NCBI RefSeq assembly: GCF_963921235.1
Contig: NC_086102.1
Coordinates: 37,138,001 to 37,202,000 of the forward strand
Direction: 5' to 3'
Source of the DNA: Mobula hypostoma
Lineage: Eukaryota
Length of the DNA: 64,000 nt
The translations under genes and the position numbers were made by a program. The notes under the pieces are model-generated. The model ran no database searches. It was given only the letters and a program-made list of their open reading frames with translations, and was not told the DNA's origin. Shown piece by piece: positions 25,501-37,855 of the stretch; position 1 is the stretch's first letter; each line of letters starts with the position of its first letter.

Positions 25501-27420
25501 ACTCATTCCAGACCAACAGGGAAATGTTTGGGCATACTTCTAATAATTGTCAATTGTTTTTGAACTTCAAATTAAAATTTCTAATGGTTAAATTAAACAA
25601 GGCTATTAACAGCAATGTTTGTTTAATGCTTGAGAAAATTAATATCAGACCATTTGAAATAAATAACTAAATTAAGAGCAGACTACACACACAGAATTGC
25701 ATTGTCTGCAGTTTCAATTTTACACATTCAAGGCACTTGTTGAAAGACAGAAAATGTCCATTTTATCCTTGAGTTGATGAAATAAATCAATTATGGAGCA
25801 CAAGAAAACTTTAATTTAGTTTAATTGTTCATTCTCTTTCAAAAATGATCACATAGTAATTTTGATTCCAATTAAAAATTAGTCTGGAGGGCTTGTTTAA
25901 ATAGTGCTATTATAATATTCTTTCAAATGAAATGCCAACCATCTGGTTTTTAGAAGTTCCTGGAAATATTTGGACCACTCTCTTTTAACTGTTAGTTTGA
26001 TGTGAATTTCTATTCCTTCTCCTGAGAGGTGGAAAGAATGCATTGGTGAGCTTTGAGGAAGCTAGGTCACTGTCACTGAATGAACCAATAATTTTGATAT
26101 TAACACTGCATTAGGAAAAGGCCATAATTTTTTGAGATAGACAGATCACAATCAACAATTCTTCCCTTCAGTGTTTGGAGGCCTTTGGTGATCCAGATAC
26201 TTTAAATCATTTATACTGGTAAAATGTAAGTTCAGAGTTTCGGATGTGTCACTGCAATCATGAAACCAATAGAGCCATTATGGTAGTGTTTTGTTGGCAA
26301 ATAATCCATTTACAGTTTGAAAACTCATGAAGGGACTGATCAAATTCATTGAAGGCACTTTATATATACCTTCATTTATAAAAACATCTAAGGTCATTAA
26401 AAACATGATATTTCCTTTAATAATATTACTCATACAGACCCAAAGATCACAGTCTGAGCCTGACCACTCTGCTCAGTGCTGGTTCCTCCTCTATAAGTTT
26501 ACTTAACAGGCACTTTGGATGTTGTGTCTCTGTCAGTAGACTCCCAAAGAGCAGGACATTCAATGGCTAGTAATCCTCCCATCAGTTCTGAAGCACCAAG
26601 ATACATCGATGTTTAAAAGAAAAACAGCTAACCGCCACTGTCATCTGTAATTTGATCCAAGTACAAAATCACAATGTTTGAAGGGGGCTAACTGTGGTTC
26701 CTAAGACGATGGCATTTAAAATTGCTTGTAGGCTTGGTACACATTAGAAATGCACAGAGCAGTTATGATGATGGTGTTGATCCTCAGTATACTGAACTAT
26801 TTGCCTTTTTTTTTACTCTTGTTGCAGGCAACAAAGTAGATGACGTAGCATTTAACTGCACCGTTTAATGGAGTACCACAGTTCATAATATTAATTGAAA
26901 GGGTTAATAGTATGGCTGAAAGTCGTTGCTAAGTCTTGCAAGGCACTGTGGTTCTAAGCTATTCATTTAAACATACTTGTGGTAACTGGGAGACTGCTAT
27001 AGGTTCCTGAAAGAGTAATGCCAGTGATGTATAATTTCAAAAACATGAAGCAAAATTCTTGGTGATGTTAGGAGATCCCTATTACATGAGAATTAGTTCT
27101 TGTTACAGAAGGTGCCTGTGTATATAGCTCCTTTGTATTGCTTTGAGCAGAGTCCCTTATATATTTCTTACTAATATGCTCTGTAGAAATTGAATTCAGA
27201 AATTTTACTACTGATAATTAAGAGTTTAAAGCCACTAATTATATAAAAGTTGCATAATTTGACAGATGATCATTTTATATTGCGTACTGTTTATTGCCTG
27301 TCTGTTTAGTTTTGTGATTGAAACACAGTTTTCCTTTTCACTATGTTATAATGCTGTATGCTGCTGCAGTGTTATTCTCATTATTTCCAAGCAGGCAATA
27401 AAGCATATTGTACAGTATTA
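19590..27420 (+). other. BBX: Putative long BBX 3' UTR
   Basis: AT-rich and free of recognisable TE fragments from the stop to about 27.5 kb, after which TEs resume. AATAAA occurs at 25364, 25781 and 27397. The distal end is inferred, not observed. Confidence 0.55.
27397..27402 (+). terminator. Candidate distal polyadenylation signal of BBX
   Basis: AATAAA at the end of the TE-free block, preceded by UG-rich sequence. Confidence 0.45.
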
Positions 27421-27699
27421 TACAATTGAGTAAGATTATTATTTATAGCAAAAAGTTGTCTTAATATACAACCAAAGTCAATCCCAAAGTTATTCAATCT
27501 ACTGAATTAGTTTTACAGGAAAGTAAATGAACATGATGCATTCAATTCAGCTAATTGATTCTGGATGTATAAATGTTCCAACTCCTTAGATATGTGTTTT
27601 CATTTAATAACTGTATCAAATTGCATTAAGTTACATTGTCGAGCCCCGTGTCTTAAAAATTAACTTGACTACAAGCATTGCTACAAATCCTCCCGGCTT

Positions 27700-28250
27700 T
27701 GGAAAATTTAGAATTGAGAAGTGATCAGTGAAGACTAGAGGGTCATGAGGTGTAACAAAAACTGGTCATTCTTACAGCGGATAAATCACCTGATCCAGAT
27801 GGGATGTATCCAAACTTTTTAAGGGAAATAACAATGAAAGTTGCAAAGAAATTAGCCAAAATCTTCCAAACACCTGTTGGTATGGTCAAGCTTTAAACCG
27901 TAACCATTGGATCAGTGTTCAAGAAAAGTTACAGGGATAAATCCAGACTTGGTCTGCTTAACCTCTGATGTAGAAAGGATTAGCAGTGATTTGGACATTA
28001 TAATGTAGATTGATAGGGTAATTCAGAATGACAACTTGTGTTTAATGGAAAATTTTTTAGTGGGTTAATGGGTATGATGGGAGAAATGCAATTGATGTGC
28101 GTGATGACCTTCTAAAGGCATTTGATAAGTTGACTAGCTTAGCATCAAAATCGAAAAACCACAGAACAAAAGGAGCAGTAACAACATGGGTGTAAGGTTG
28201 TATTGAGAGGGAACAGATTGGTAGTGAATAGGAGACACACGATTGCAGAT
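27700..28250 (+). mobile_element. Old CR1 LINE fragments
   Basis: Degenerate CR1 RT-like sequence (gatgggatgtatcca..., gaccttctaaaggcatttgataag). Confidence 0.55.
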
Positions 28251-28254
28251 GATG

Positions 28255-28900
28255 GAAATCTGGGGCAACACAGAAAAAGCTGGAAGAACTCTGCAAGTCA
28301 GACAGCGTCCTTGGACATAAATGAACGGTCATTGTTTTAAGTCGAGGCCCTCCATCAGGACTGGAAAGAAAGAGGGGAGATGGCCAGTATAAAAGGTGGA
28401 GGGAAGGAGTGGAGCTGCCAGGTGAGTGAGGGGTGAGAATTGGAATATATAAGAAGTTGGGGGGTGATAAGTGGAAGTGACAAGGTGCTGAGAAGATGGA
28501 GAGGTCACTTGACCATGGAATAAAGGGAAGGCAGTGAAGAGGTAACCAATGGAAAGAATGTGTGGATGATAGGCAAATTGAGAAGGCAGGGAAGGGGAAA
28601 GAGAGGGGAACTGGTTGGATGAGGGGAAAATGGGGACAGAATGGAATGGTTAATGCAAGTTAAAGAGATTGATGTTTATGACATCAGGTTGGAGACTACC
28701 ATTCCAGAATTTGAGGTGGTATTCCTCTAATCTGTCTAAGCCTCAACTCGTCAGTAGAGGAGGCCGTGCATATACATGTTGGTGTCAAATGGAAAATGAA
28801 ATTAGAATGGCTGGCCACTGAGAAATCTGACTTTTACAGCAGATGGAGTGAAGGTATTCAATGAAGCGATTTCCTCCCATCTGCATGCTGTTGTGAATAG
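28255..28900 (-). mobile_element. Degenerate Penelope-like 3' fragment
   Basis: Reverse complement of the PLE terminus (atcaggactgg), a purine-rich tract and the GIY-YIG C-terminal end (tcaggttggagactacc). Confidence 0.6.
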
Positions 28901-29206
28901 TTTTTTTTTAGATGAAGAATTGTGTACAGTATATTCCCAAAGGGCAGACCTCAGATCATGGCTTAATATAATTGACTGGGACTGGTGTGTACAATGTCCA
29001 AACCAGCACGACACAAAACTTGGAATAGTAGTGAACTGTGAAGAGAATAATAATGAACTGTGTGAGGATATAAATGTGCTGGTAGAATGAGCAAATACAG
29101 CAGATGAAATTTAATATTTTAAAAAAATTAAGTGTTTCATATATATGAAAGGGAAGCAATGCCATAAGGCATACTGGAATAGGGGTACAGATGCAAAGTT
29201 GTTAAA

Positions 29207-29296
29207 ACTGGGGTAAATCATGCTCACAAACTTTTTTATGCTATGAACAAATATCATTAAGCAAGGGGTCCATGGACCCTAGGTAAGGAACCCCTG
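29207..29296. mobile_element. Short hAT-like MITE
   Basis: Degenerate inverted ends ctggggt.../...ggaacccctg around a short internal sequence. Confidence 0.45.
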
Positions 29297-30749
29297 GGCT
29301 AAATTGAGAAGATGGTTTAAAAAAAACACAGCAGCCTATGCTTTGCAAAACATTTTATGCATTTCAATATTTTAACTGCCAAAAAAGCACAAGATCTTCA
29401 GGTTCAGCAACTTAATAACTGCAGGTTCCCCTCCAGTAGTCTCTCATCATCCTGATTTGGAAATATATTGCTGGCCTTTCATAGATACCAAATCCAAAAC
29501 CTGTAAGTTCCTCCCAACTGCATTAAAAACTTGCCTTCAACAGAAAGACTATAATGGTTGAAGAAGGTACCTTCTTCAAAGTTATAATGGTTGAAGAAGG
29601 TCAAGTTCACATACCTTAGCTGCATCCTCCCAAGATCAAAGTCAACAAGAGGATAGGAAAAATAGGCTCTGCTTTTAGAAAATTAGGAAATGGGGAAACA
29701 AAGAGGAATCATCTGAGGTGTATGATGCTGTTATCATACCCACTCTCCTTATGAGATGCAGACAGGATACAACATCTAGACAACTTTGCTATTTCCACAT
29801 GTCCTGGGTGCACAGCATATTTAAGGTCAACTAGAAAGACAAGATTCTGGACACACAGATTCTATCCTAGACAAACATCCCCAGCATTTACATTTTGCTG
29901 AAAGAATATGTAATTGTGAACTTTAGTTAAAACATGTTTATTGAATTAGAAACCTCACTGATCATTTCACAAGATGTTTGGCTGATGATTTTGAGATAAA
30001 GATGAGTCTCTTTAACTTGCACAATGAAGTACAAGTATAATTGAACATAAAAAATACAACTTCCAAAACAGTAACTGAACAGTAGCATGGTCACATGAAA
30101 TGTGACCCAGAAACAAAAATGCTGGATAAGCTCACATTTTCTTTTTTGTTTCAGATTTTTAGCATCAAAATTCAAAGTAAATTAATTATCAAAGTAATAT
30201 GTTACCTGAGAATCATTTTCTTGCTGGCATTTACAGGAAAAATAAAGGAATAGAATAGATAGTTTTTCTTAAATGCTAAGACTGTGAGCAACCGATGTGC
30301 AAAGGAAGACAGACTACAAATAACAAATATTGAGAACATTAATTGTAAACTCTCCTTGGAAGTACATCTGTAGGTCATAGAATGAGTTCTAGAGTTGTGG
30401 TGAGTGAAATTATCCACACCAATGCATCTGCAGGTTATTTTTAGATAAAATAGAAAAGCTCAGTGAACTGTGCTGCGTTTAACAACCGTATTCACCAAAT
30501 AAACTGCACTACAAAGAGGGGACAAAATAGGCTGCTAAAAATCTACAGCAAGAAACAAATTGCAACTACAAATGCACAGTTGCAATTTGTTTCTGGACAA
30601 CTGGTGTCTGGACCAGATCAACTCAAAACATTGACTGGCCATTTCCCTTTGAAGATGTTGCCTGTCCTGCTGAGTTCTTCCAGTCTTTTTATGCTATGCA
30701 ACAAAAATTGCGAATTGGCAGGGCTCTAATGCAAGTGGATGCAGCAAAA

Positions 30750-31700
30750 AATAACTTGAAAGGATGCAATAATAATTTTTAAAAACAAACAAATAAATAC
30801 CGTAGCTTATATACATAGATTGATTTTGTGTCCATAAGGTGGTGCCAAGCTGTACATAAGGTGACTGACAGGAAATAATGAAGTAATGGTGGGGGTGTTG
30901 ATCAGCCTCGCTGCTTGGGGAAAGTAACTTTTCGAGTCTGGTTATCCTGGTGTGGATGTGATATAGCCTGCTCCCTGAAGGGAGAGGGACAAACAGACCA
31001 TGCACAGAGTGTGTGGGATTCTTCATGATTTTACTGACCCTTTTCCAACACCTTTCTGTATACGCTATACAGTCTGTCCTTGATGCCAAGTGGGCTGGAG
31101 CCAATGATGGGTTGGGTAGTCTTGACTACCCATTGTAAAGTCTTCCTCTCCACCGCAGTGCCGTTTCCATACCAAGCAGAAGTGTAGCTTGTCGAGTTGC
31201 TCTTTGCTGCACATTTGTAGAATGGTGAGAGTATGGATGTGCAAACTCCAGCTTTCTTCTGCCTGTTCAGAAAGTAGAGGCGTTGATGAGCTTTCTTGAC
31301 TCTGTAGGATTTGTTCTGGGGCCAGGAGAGGTTTAGTGTGATGTACCCACCTAGGAATTGAACTTGCTTGCAGTTTCAAAGGGTGTGTGGATGGTATGAG
31401 TTCTCCTGAAGATAACGACCATCGCTTTTGCCTTGTCGACATTGACAACAAGGTTATTTATGTGGCAATAGACCTCAAGCTCTGCCACCTACTCTATGTA
31501 GGCTGCCTCATCGTTGGTGGTGATGAACCCCACCTCTGTTGTGTCATCAGCAAACCCAGTGATGTGTTTGCTCAGTTGTTTGGCCATGCTGTTGTGTGAG
31601 CAGTGGGATCAGCACACAGTCCTGGAGGGGGACACCCGTGTTGAGGGTGATGGGGAAGGAGGAGTGGTTGTGCATCCAGACTACCTGAGGTCTCAGCAGG
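30750..31700 (-). mobile_element. Rex1/Babar-type LINE 3' fragment
   Basis: Minus-strand KIMKNPTHSVHGLFVPLPSGSRLYHIHTRITRL is the Rex1-type C-terminal motif. Confidence 0.7.
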
Positions 31701-32891
31701 CCACCTCAGGTCTCAGATTTGTTCTCCCTCAATCTCAAATGTAACCATCTTACTTGAATCAATTGCTCCTCAGGTTGGTTCAGGTAATTCCTGCACTTAA
31801 ATGTGGGCCTGAGTTGGAGACCAACACAATGGCATGAAAGACATGCCACACTTGAAATGCCCTTATGGAAGATGAAGTTGGCACTACTGTCCCAAAACCT
31901 GTCATATCTGATTTTGTATGTTTCTGACATTGATGGACAAATAGAAACAGTAAAATTGAAAAGAATTTCAAAATACTTAATTAAAATACTAATACATTTT
32001 AAAAAAGCAAATTTTTTTTTTCACTAAGTAACTTACCTCCCCTTTCCTAATCAAATCACAGAGATGTACAGGACAGAAATGGGCCCTTCAACCCAACGTG
32101 TCCAAGCTGACCTTTTTGTACAAAAATACCAGTCCCAATTTACACTATGCCTCAGTCTTCTGCCTTGCCTATTCAAGTACTTACTTAAATGCCTTTTAAA
32201 CATAGCAACTGAAATCAACAGAGATGCAGGATCTGAATGATGATTTGCCCAGCATAATGCCAGGAATCCCAGCCCAACCTCCACCTGAAGCCTAGCAACA
32301 GATCTTTTGTGACTCTTCGACTTCCATATTTGAAGGTAAAAGTCTGAATTTTAACAGCCACTAGAACATCTGAGGGCCGATGATGCTTCTGGCAAAAGGT
32401 TAGTTACCTGTGACTTCCTGCACAGTTGCAACGCTGCCTGTCGTTAGCTTCATAAAGAGCATCTCCTCTCCTCAACACATTGCAGATTTCAAGATACTTT
32501 TCTGGAAATCAACAAGTCATAGTAACTTGCTTTCCTTGTCAAAGCAGGTCAGTTCTGAAGAAAGTTCTCCACGTGTCAGGTCTGAATTGTAGGTTTGCAT
32601 CCTTCAGCTTTCCCTTTTCACTCTCTCTTTAATTACTCTCATCTTTTTAACCAGACAACTCTATAAATAGTAGAATCACATCAACAACCTGGGTCTCGGC
32701 CCATCAGAGTTATCTCCTTTGTCTTGTCCATTCCTCCCTGGCCCTCTCTGCAACTTAAAACTAACTTGTCTCCTCTGTCTCGCAGTTCTGCCAAAACAAT
32801 TTCAACAGTGAAACTGTTTCATTTTCACTGGATTATGCCAAAAGAACTGAGTGTTTGCAATATTCTCCATTTTAATTCAGATTTCAGGCAA

Positions 32892-32936
32892 ACACACATG
32901 CGCGCATGCGCGCGCGCACACACACACACACACACA
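32892..32936. repeat. Alternating purine-pyrimidine microsatellite (CA/CG/TG)
   Basis: acacacatgcgcgcatgcgcgcgcgcacacacacacacacacaca, 45 bp strictly alternating. Confidence 0.95.
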
Positions 32937-33669
32937 AACTAGTCTCAGTTTTTTGAATATCAGAAGGTATATGACTCCATAAATACTTTAGACCTCAGTA
33001 AAGTCAATGAGTTTTAATCTTAATACATTGTGGGATGACATTGAAATCAGTTAATTGATTATTAATACTTTAACAATCCAAGCAAAAGCTGTTTTTTGTA
33101 CACAAAGTCAATAAACACTGTAACATTATTAATCGTACTTTTTATTTAACATTTGCATTCTAAGCCAAGCAGTAGCTTTCATGGTGATCAGTTGTACTTC
33201 AAAGCCTACATTTGAGTTGATCAGTAAGGACGCATCCACATTGGGTGCTATAATTTGGACTGCGGCAAGAATTAGGCTGAGTTACCTCAGATTTTGCTAT
33301 GCGAGTTGATTTTGTAAAGGTCCTATATTTAAATGATCCATTAATATTCAACATTTCTAAGTTCATGCCCAATCAAAGATGCACTGCAGATACAGTGCTC
33401 TCTACTCTTTTATATTTTTATTTTGCACTAATTTAATTTAGCTATTTATTACGTATATACAGTTTTTTCTCTATTATTATGTATTGCATTGTACTACTGT
33501 CAAAAAGGTAACAAATTTCATGACAAATGCCAGTGCTATTAAACCTGATTCAGTGTAGGATAGAAAGGTGCTTCTCTAAGCACGATGTAGATCATTTGTA
33601 CAGCTCTTTTGTATCAAATGGATAGATCAGTAGCATTATGGCAAATTTTTGAACTAATATTCTGAGTCC

Positions 33670-35260
33670 ATAAGGCCATAAAATTTAGGAGCAGAATTAG
33701 GCTATTTGGCGCATTGCGTCTCTTCTGCCATTTCATCACAGCTGATCCAATTTTCCTCCAAGCCCCAGTCCCCTGTCTTCTCCCCATATCCCTTCATGCC
33801 CTGACCAATCATGAATCTATCAACCTCAGCCTTAAATACACATAAAGGCTTGGCCTCTACAGCTGCCTGTGGCAAAGAATTCCACAGATTCACCACTGTC
33901 TAGCTAAAGAAATTCCTCCTCATCTCCGTTCTGAAAGATCGCCCCCTCTATTCTTAAACTCTCCCACTATAGGAAACATCCTCTCCACAGCCACTCTATC
34001 AAGGCCTTTCACCATTCGATAGGTTTCAATGAGGTCACCCCTCATTCTTCGTAATTCTACTGAGTACAAGCCCGGATCCATCAAATACTCTTTATATGAC
34101 AAGCCATTCAATCCTGGAATCGTTTTTGAGAACCTCCTTGTAACTGTCTCCAGTTTCAGCACATCCTTTCTAAGGTGAGGGGCTACTCACAACACTCCAA
34201 GTGAGGCTTCACCAGTGCTTTATAAAGTCTCAACATTCTAGTCCTCTTAAAATGAATGCTAATATTGCATTCACCTTCCTCACCACAGACTCAATGTGCA
34301 AATTAACCTTTGGGGAATCCTGCACCTCAGATTTTTGTATTTTTTTCTCCATTTTGAAAATAGTCAATCCTTTAATTTCTTCCACAAAAGTGCACAACCA
34401 TACACTTCCTAACACTGCATTCCATCTCACCCATTCTTTACCCATTCTCCTAATCTGTCTAAGTCCTGCTCTAGCCTTGCTACTTCCTCAAACCACCTGT
34501 CTTCATAATTGTCTGCAAACTTTGCAACAAAGACATCAATTCCATGATCCAAATCATTTACATATAATGTGAAAAGAATCAATCCCAACACGGACCCCAT
34601 GGAACAGCACAAGTCACAGGCAGCCAGTCAGAATAGGCTCCCTTTATTCCCACCCTTTGCCTACTGCCAATCAGCCACTGCTTTATCCATGCTAGAATCT
34701 TTCCTATAATACCATAGGCTCATAGCTTGTTAAGCAGCCTCGTGTGGCATCTTGTCAAAGGCCTTCTGAAAATCCAAGTACACAACTTCAACTGATTCTC
34801 CCCTGTCTATCCTGCTTGTTATTTCTTCAAAGAATTCCAGAAGATTTTCCCATGCTGAATATGACCTATGTTATCACGTACCTCCAAATACCCCAAGAAC
34901 TCATCCTTAATAATCAACTTCAACATCTTCCCAGCAACTGAGGTCAGACTAACTGGCCTATCATTTCCTTTCTTCTGCCTCTCTCCCTTCTTGACATTTG
35001 CAATTTTCTAGTCTTAGGGAACTATTCCAGAATCTAGTGATTCTTGCCTCCACAATCTCTTCAGCTACCTCTTTCAGAACTCTGGAGTGTACACCATCTG
35101 GTCCAGGTGACTTATCTTCCTTCAGACCTTTCCGTTTCCAAAGAGCCTTCTCTCTAGTTATGGAAACTTCACACACTTCATGCCCCCTGACACCTGGAAC
35201 TCCCACCATACTGCTAGTGTCTATCACAGTGAAGACTGATGCAAAAGAGTCCTGGACTAC
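33670..35260 (-). mobile_element. CR1 LINE fragments
   Basis: VVNLWNSLPQ, LFTLYVNDLD...VAKFAD and KSPGPDGVHSRVLKEVAEEI peptides. Confidence 0.85.
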
Positions 35261-35641
35261 AAATCCAAATGGGAAATCAAATCACACTATGGCACTGAGA
35301 CAATTGAAGTTTTGTTAGTTAAATAAATTTGGGACCAAGGAACCAAGGTATTGAAGCTTTAGGTCATTACTTCTCAAACACAAAGAACAGCTCGTGGTGA
35401 GTTACAAGAATGAATAATAATCTGAATACAATAGCTATTCAAAAGAACTTGTATGTGAAATTTCATCTTTTGATCATGAACAATCTCTTCATCGATAGAA
35501 AGATTTCTCAAAGAAATATGGAAAATCATACACTTCAAAAGGTACTGTAAATTATTCTTATTTTAAATAGGAAATTCAAATTTGTAACCTTTGAATTAGG
35601 CACTTGTGGACCCCAAGGTCAAGTTTCCCATGCTTGTTGAA

Positions 35642-35700
35642 CTAATGAATGTTACAGTTGATGCTTGAACACTTGGCAGAGTTCAAATTCATCGTTAAGT
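35642..35700 (-). CDS. IgSF V-C1 receptor gene, candidate terminal cytoplasmic exon (option B)
   Basis: Strong polypyrimidine acceptor ttgtttctttcttttttctag|AC. Phase 1 gives (N)LTMNLNSAKCSSINCNIH-TAG. Confidence 0.3.
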
Positions 35701-35809
35701 CTAGAAAAAAGAAAGAAACAATTAGCACATAATGTGCTAAAACTGAAATTCTAGATGGACTTAAGGAAACACATAAATAATTTAATTTTGATTATTTTAA
35801 ATCAATCAG

Positions 35810-36190
35810 TAGCCCCACATTCACTTTGGGCAGATGGGGCTCGTCAGCCGTGGTTGGCATCTCATCTAGAAGGAAAACTGATCTCACTCAAACCTCTGCT
35901 GCCACTCATGGGGAAGGCTTCGGGAGTAAACCCCAAGGGAAAAATCCAGAGCTGGAGTCCCTAAGGCAGTCCTACATTAAGTTCAATGTTGACTGGCAAC
36001 TCTCGCAATGCTGCTGGTGCCAAACTGTATCGGTCCCTGCCGTTCCTTTGGGTCCGGCAGAGGGGGGGGGGGGGGGGTGTGCTTGCTACATGGGCAACAG
36101 CTTGCTCTCCATATCATACTGCCCTGGCTTGCGTATCCAGACAGCGAGGAAGCAATATCCATGGTAGGCTCTGACTGATGGAGGCCTCAT
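35810..36190 (+). mobile_element. RTE-like LINE fragment
   Basis: Resembles RTE-clade 5' sequence from memory (catctagaaggaaaactgatctc...ggagtccctaaggcag); contains a G16 run at 36062-36077. Confidence 0.4.
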
Positions 36191-36825
36191 GAACCTCAAT
36201 TCAATCATTTAACAATTAGCTATCAAATCCAGTAAGTACCAAACAATCACTTAAATACTTTTCTTTTAAATGCTAATTGTGCCCAGTGCTTTTACTGTTT
36301 TCATTTAATACAGGCAACTTTTCTCATTTTACTTATAACCTGCCACTTTTTAGAGTAAGTTTTGCAGGGTTTCTCACCAACATATTTTTAAATAACATTT
36401 ATAATTTTTTAAAGTAGCTGTGTATGCTTTATTTAACTCTTGCATACCCTTCAATTGCCTTTTGGTTCTTTGACCACTGACATAAACTCAGGGGAATTCT
36501 ACCTATCAGGAAGAACTCTACCCAAGTTCAGGGGAATTCTACCTACCAGATGTGGGAGGAAACTGGAGCTGAGAGGCCAGCAATGAGCCTGGGTCTCTGG
36601 AGCCTGTGGGAATTCAGGTGACCCCTGCATTACAGCCTTTCGGGTAACAAAATTCTCCTTCACAGAATTCAAAAAATAACAACCCAAGTATTTGAGATAC
36701 AGAATAAAGTTCTTGCTCAGAACTTGTGTGTAAAAGGTATATAAATCAACATAACTTTTTTCTTCAACCCACATTTCTTAACATAGGCGCAGATGACATG
36801 GGTTTTAGATGAGGAAAATCATGGC

Positions 36826-36884
36826 TCATACTGCGGGGACCTGTCGGGGACAGACATGGGAATGATGTGGGCAGTGTGCTCTGT
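36826..36884 (-). CDS. IgSF V-C1 receptor gene, candidate terminal cytoplasmic exon (option A)
   Basis: tttttaccag|AC, phase 1, gives (N)RAHCPHHSHVCPRQVPAV-TGA. A minus-strand AATAAA lies at 36433-36428. The acceptor is only moderate. Confidence 0.4.
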
Positions 36885-37129
36885 CTGGTAAAAATTTTCA
36901 TAGGCTTTTCCTAGTTGACTCAGTTTCCCACTGCAATAAAACTCAACCACCAAATGTATCCATTCTATGAGTTATCATTTATACCTTGTATTTGATCACA
37001 ACTGTTTTTCCAGTTCAGTTTTAAAAGTGTTATTCAGCATGTTAAGTTTATTAGTGTTGGAGAATATGGCCTTGTAGTATTCACCTCACGCAGCTTCATT
37101 ACATCAATCCTATTGAGTCAGCTGTTGAA

Positions 37130-37590
37130 TTTAAGGTGCTGGGAGAACCTTATTTCCTTTGAAACTTAAACAAATATCTTCCCTTAAACAGCCAACACTT
37201 CCAAAATATAAAAAAAAACACAACTGATATATCTGAACTCTGTCTACACTTCTTGCTGCCTCAGTAAAGCAGCCAACATAATCAAACACCCAACCAACCC
37301 CAGACATTCTCTCTCCCCAGTCCCATAAGGCACGCAAGCCTGAACACACCTACCACAAGCTTAAGGACAGCTTCCATATGATAGCCTCTTGCCCTCACAA
37401 TACCTTACGACCCAGCACTTCATTGCCTATCTCCCTGCTCTTTTTCTGCAACTGTAACACTTTATCCTGCACTCTGTTATTGTTTTACCCAATACTATGC
37501 AGTACCTCAATGCTCTGTTATAATGAATTGATCTGTATGACCAGAATGCAGGGCAAGTTAATCACGGTATCCGGGTACATGTGTCAATAA
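37130..37590 (+). mobile_element. Rex1-type LINE 3' fragment
   Basis: ataatcaaacacccaacc...cttaaggacagcttc and the typical 3' UTR ending in caataataaa. Confidence 0.55.
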
Positions 37591-37630
37591 TAAAACAAAT
37601 TTCCAATTTAAATTAATTGAGAGTACATAC

Positions 37631-37732
37631 TTTTTGTTTTGAAGTACAGAGTAAGTCCTGTTATCACAATCAACGTTGCCACAGCTAAGACAGCAACTCT
37701 TGTTTTTATTGCGCATGTAATATTCTCATTAT
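37631..37732 (-). CDS. IgSF V-C1 receptor gene, stalk/transmembrane exon
   Basis: aactttacag|AT...A|gtatgt; 102 nt, phase 1-1. Reads (D)NENITCAIKTRVAVLAVATLIVITGLTLYFKTK: a 19-aa hydrophobic run then a basic stop-transfer. It is too short to appear in the ORF track. Confidence 0.85.
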
Positions 37733-37855
37733 CTGTAAAGTTATTGATAAGGCTTTAGATGATTATCCACCGATCAGCAGACATTGATAAAAACATTGTT
37801 CCATTATCTGCACATAGCTTTAACTGAACGATTTTTGGTTTTTATATATATATCT

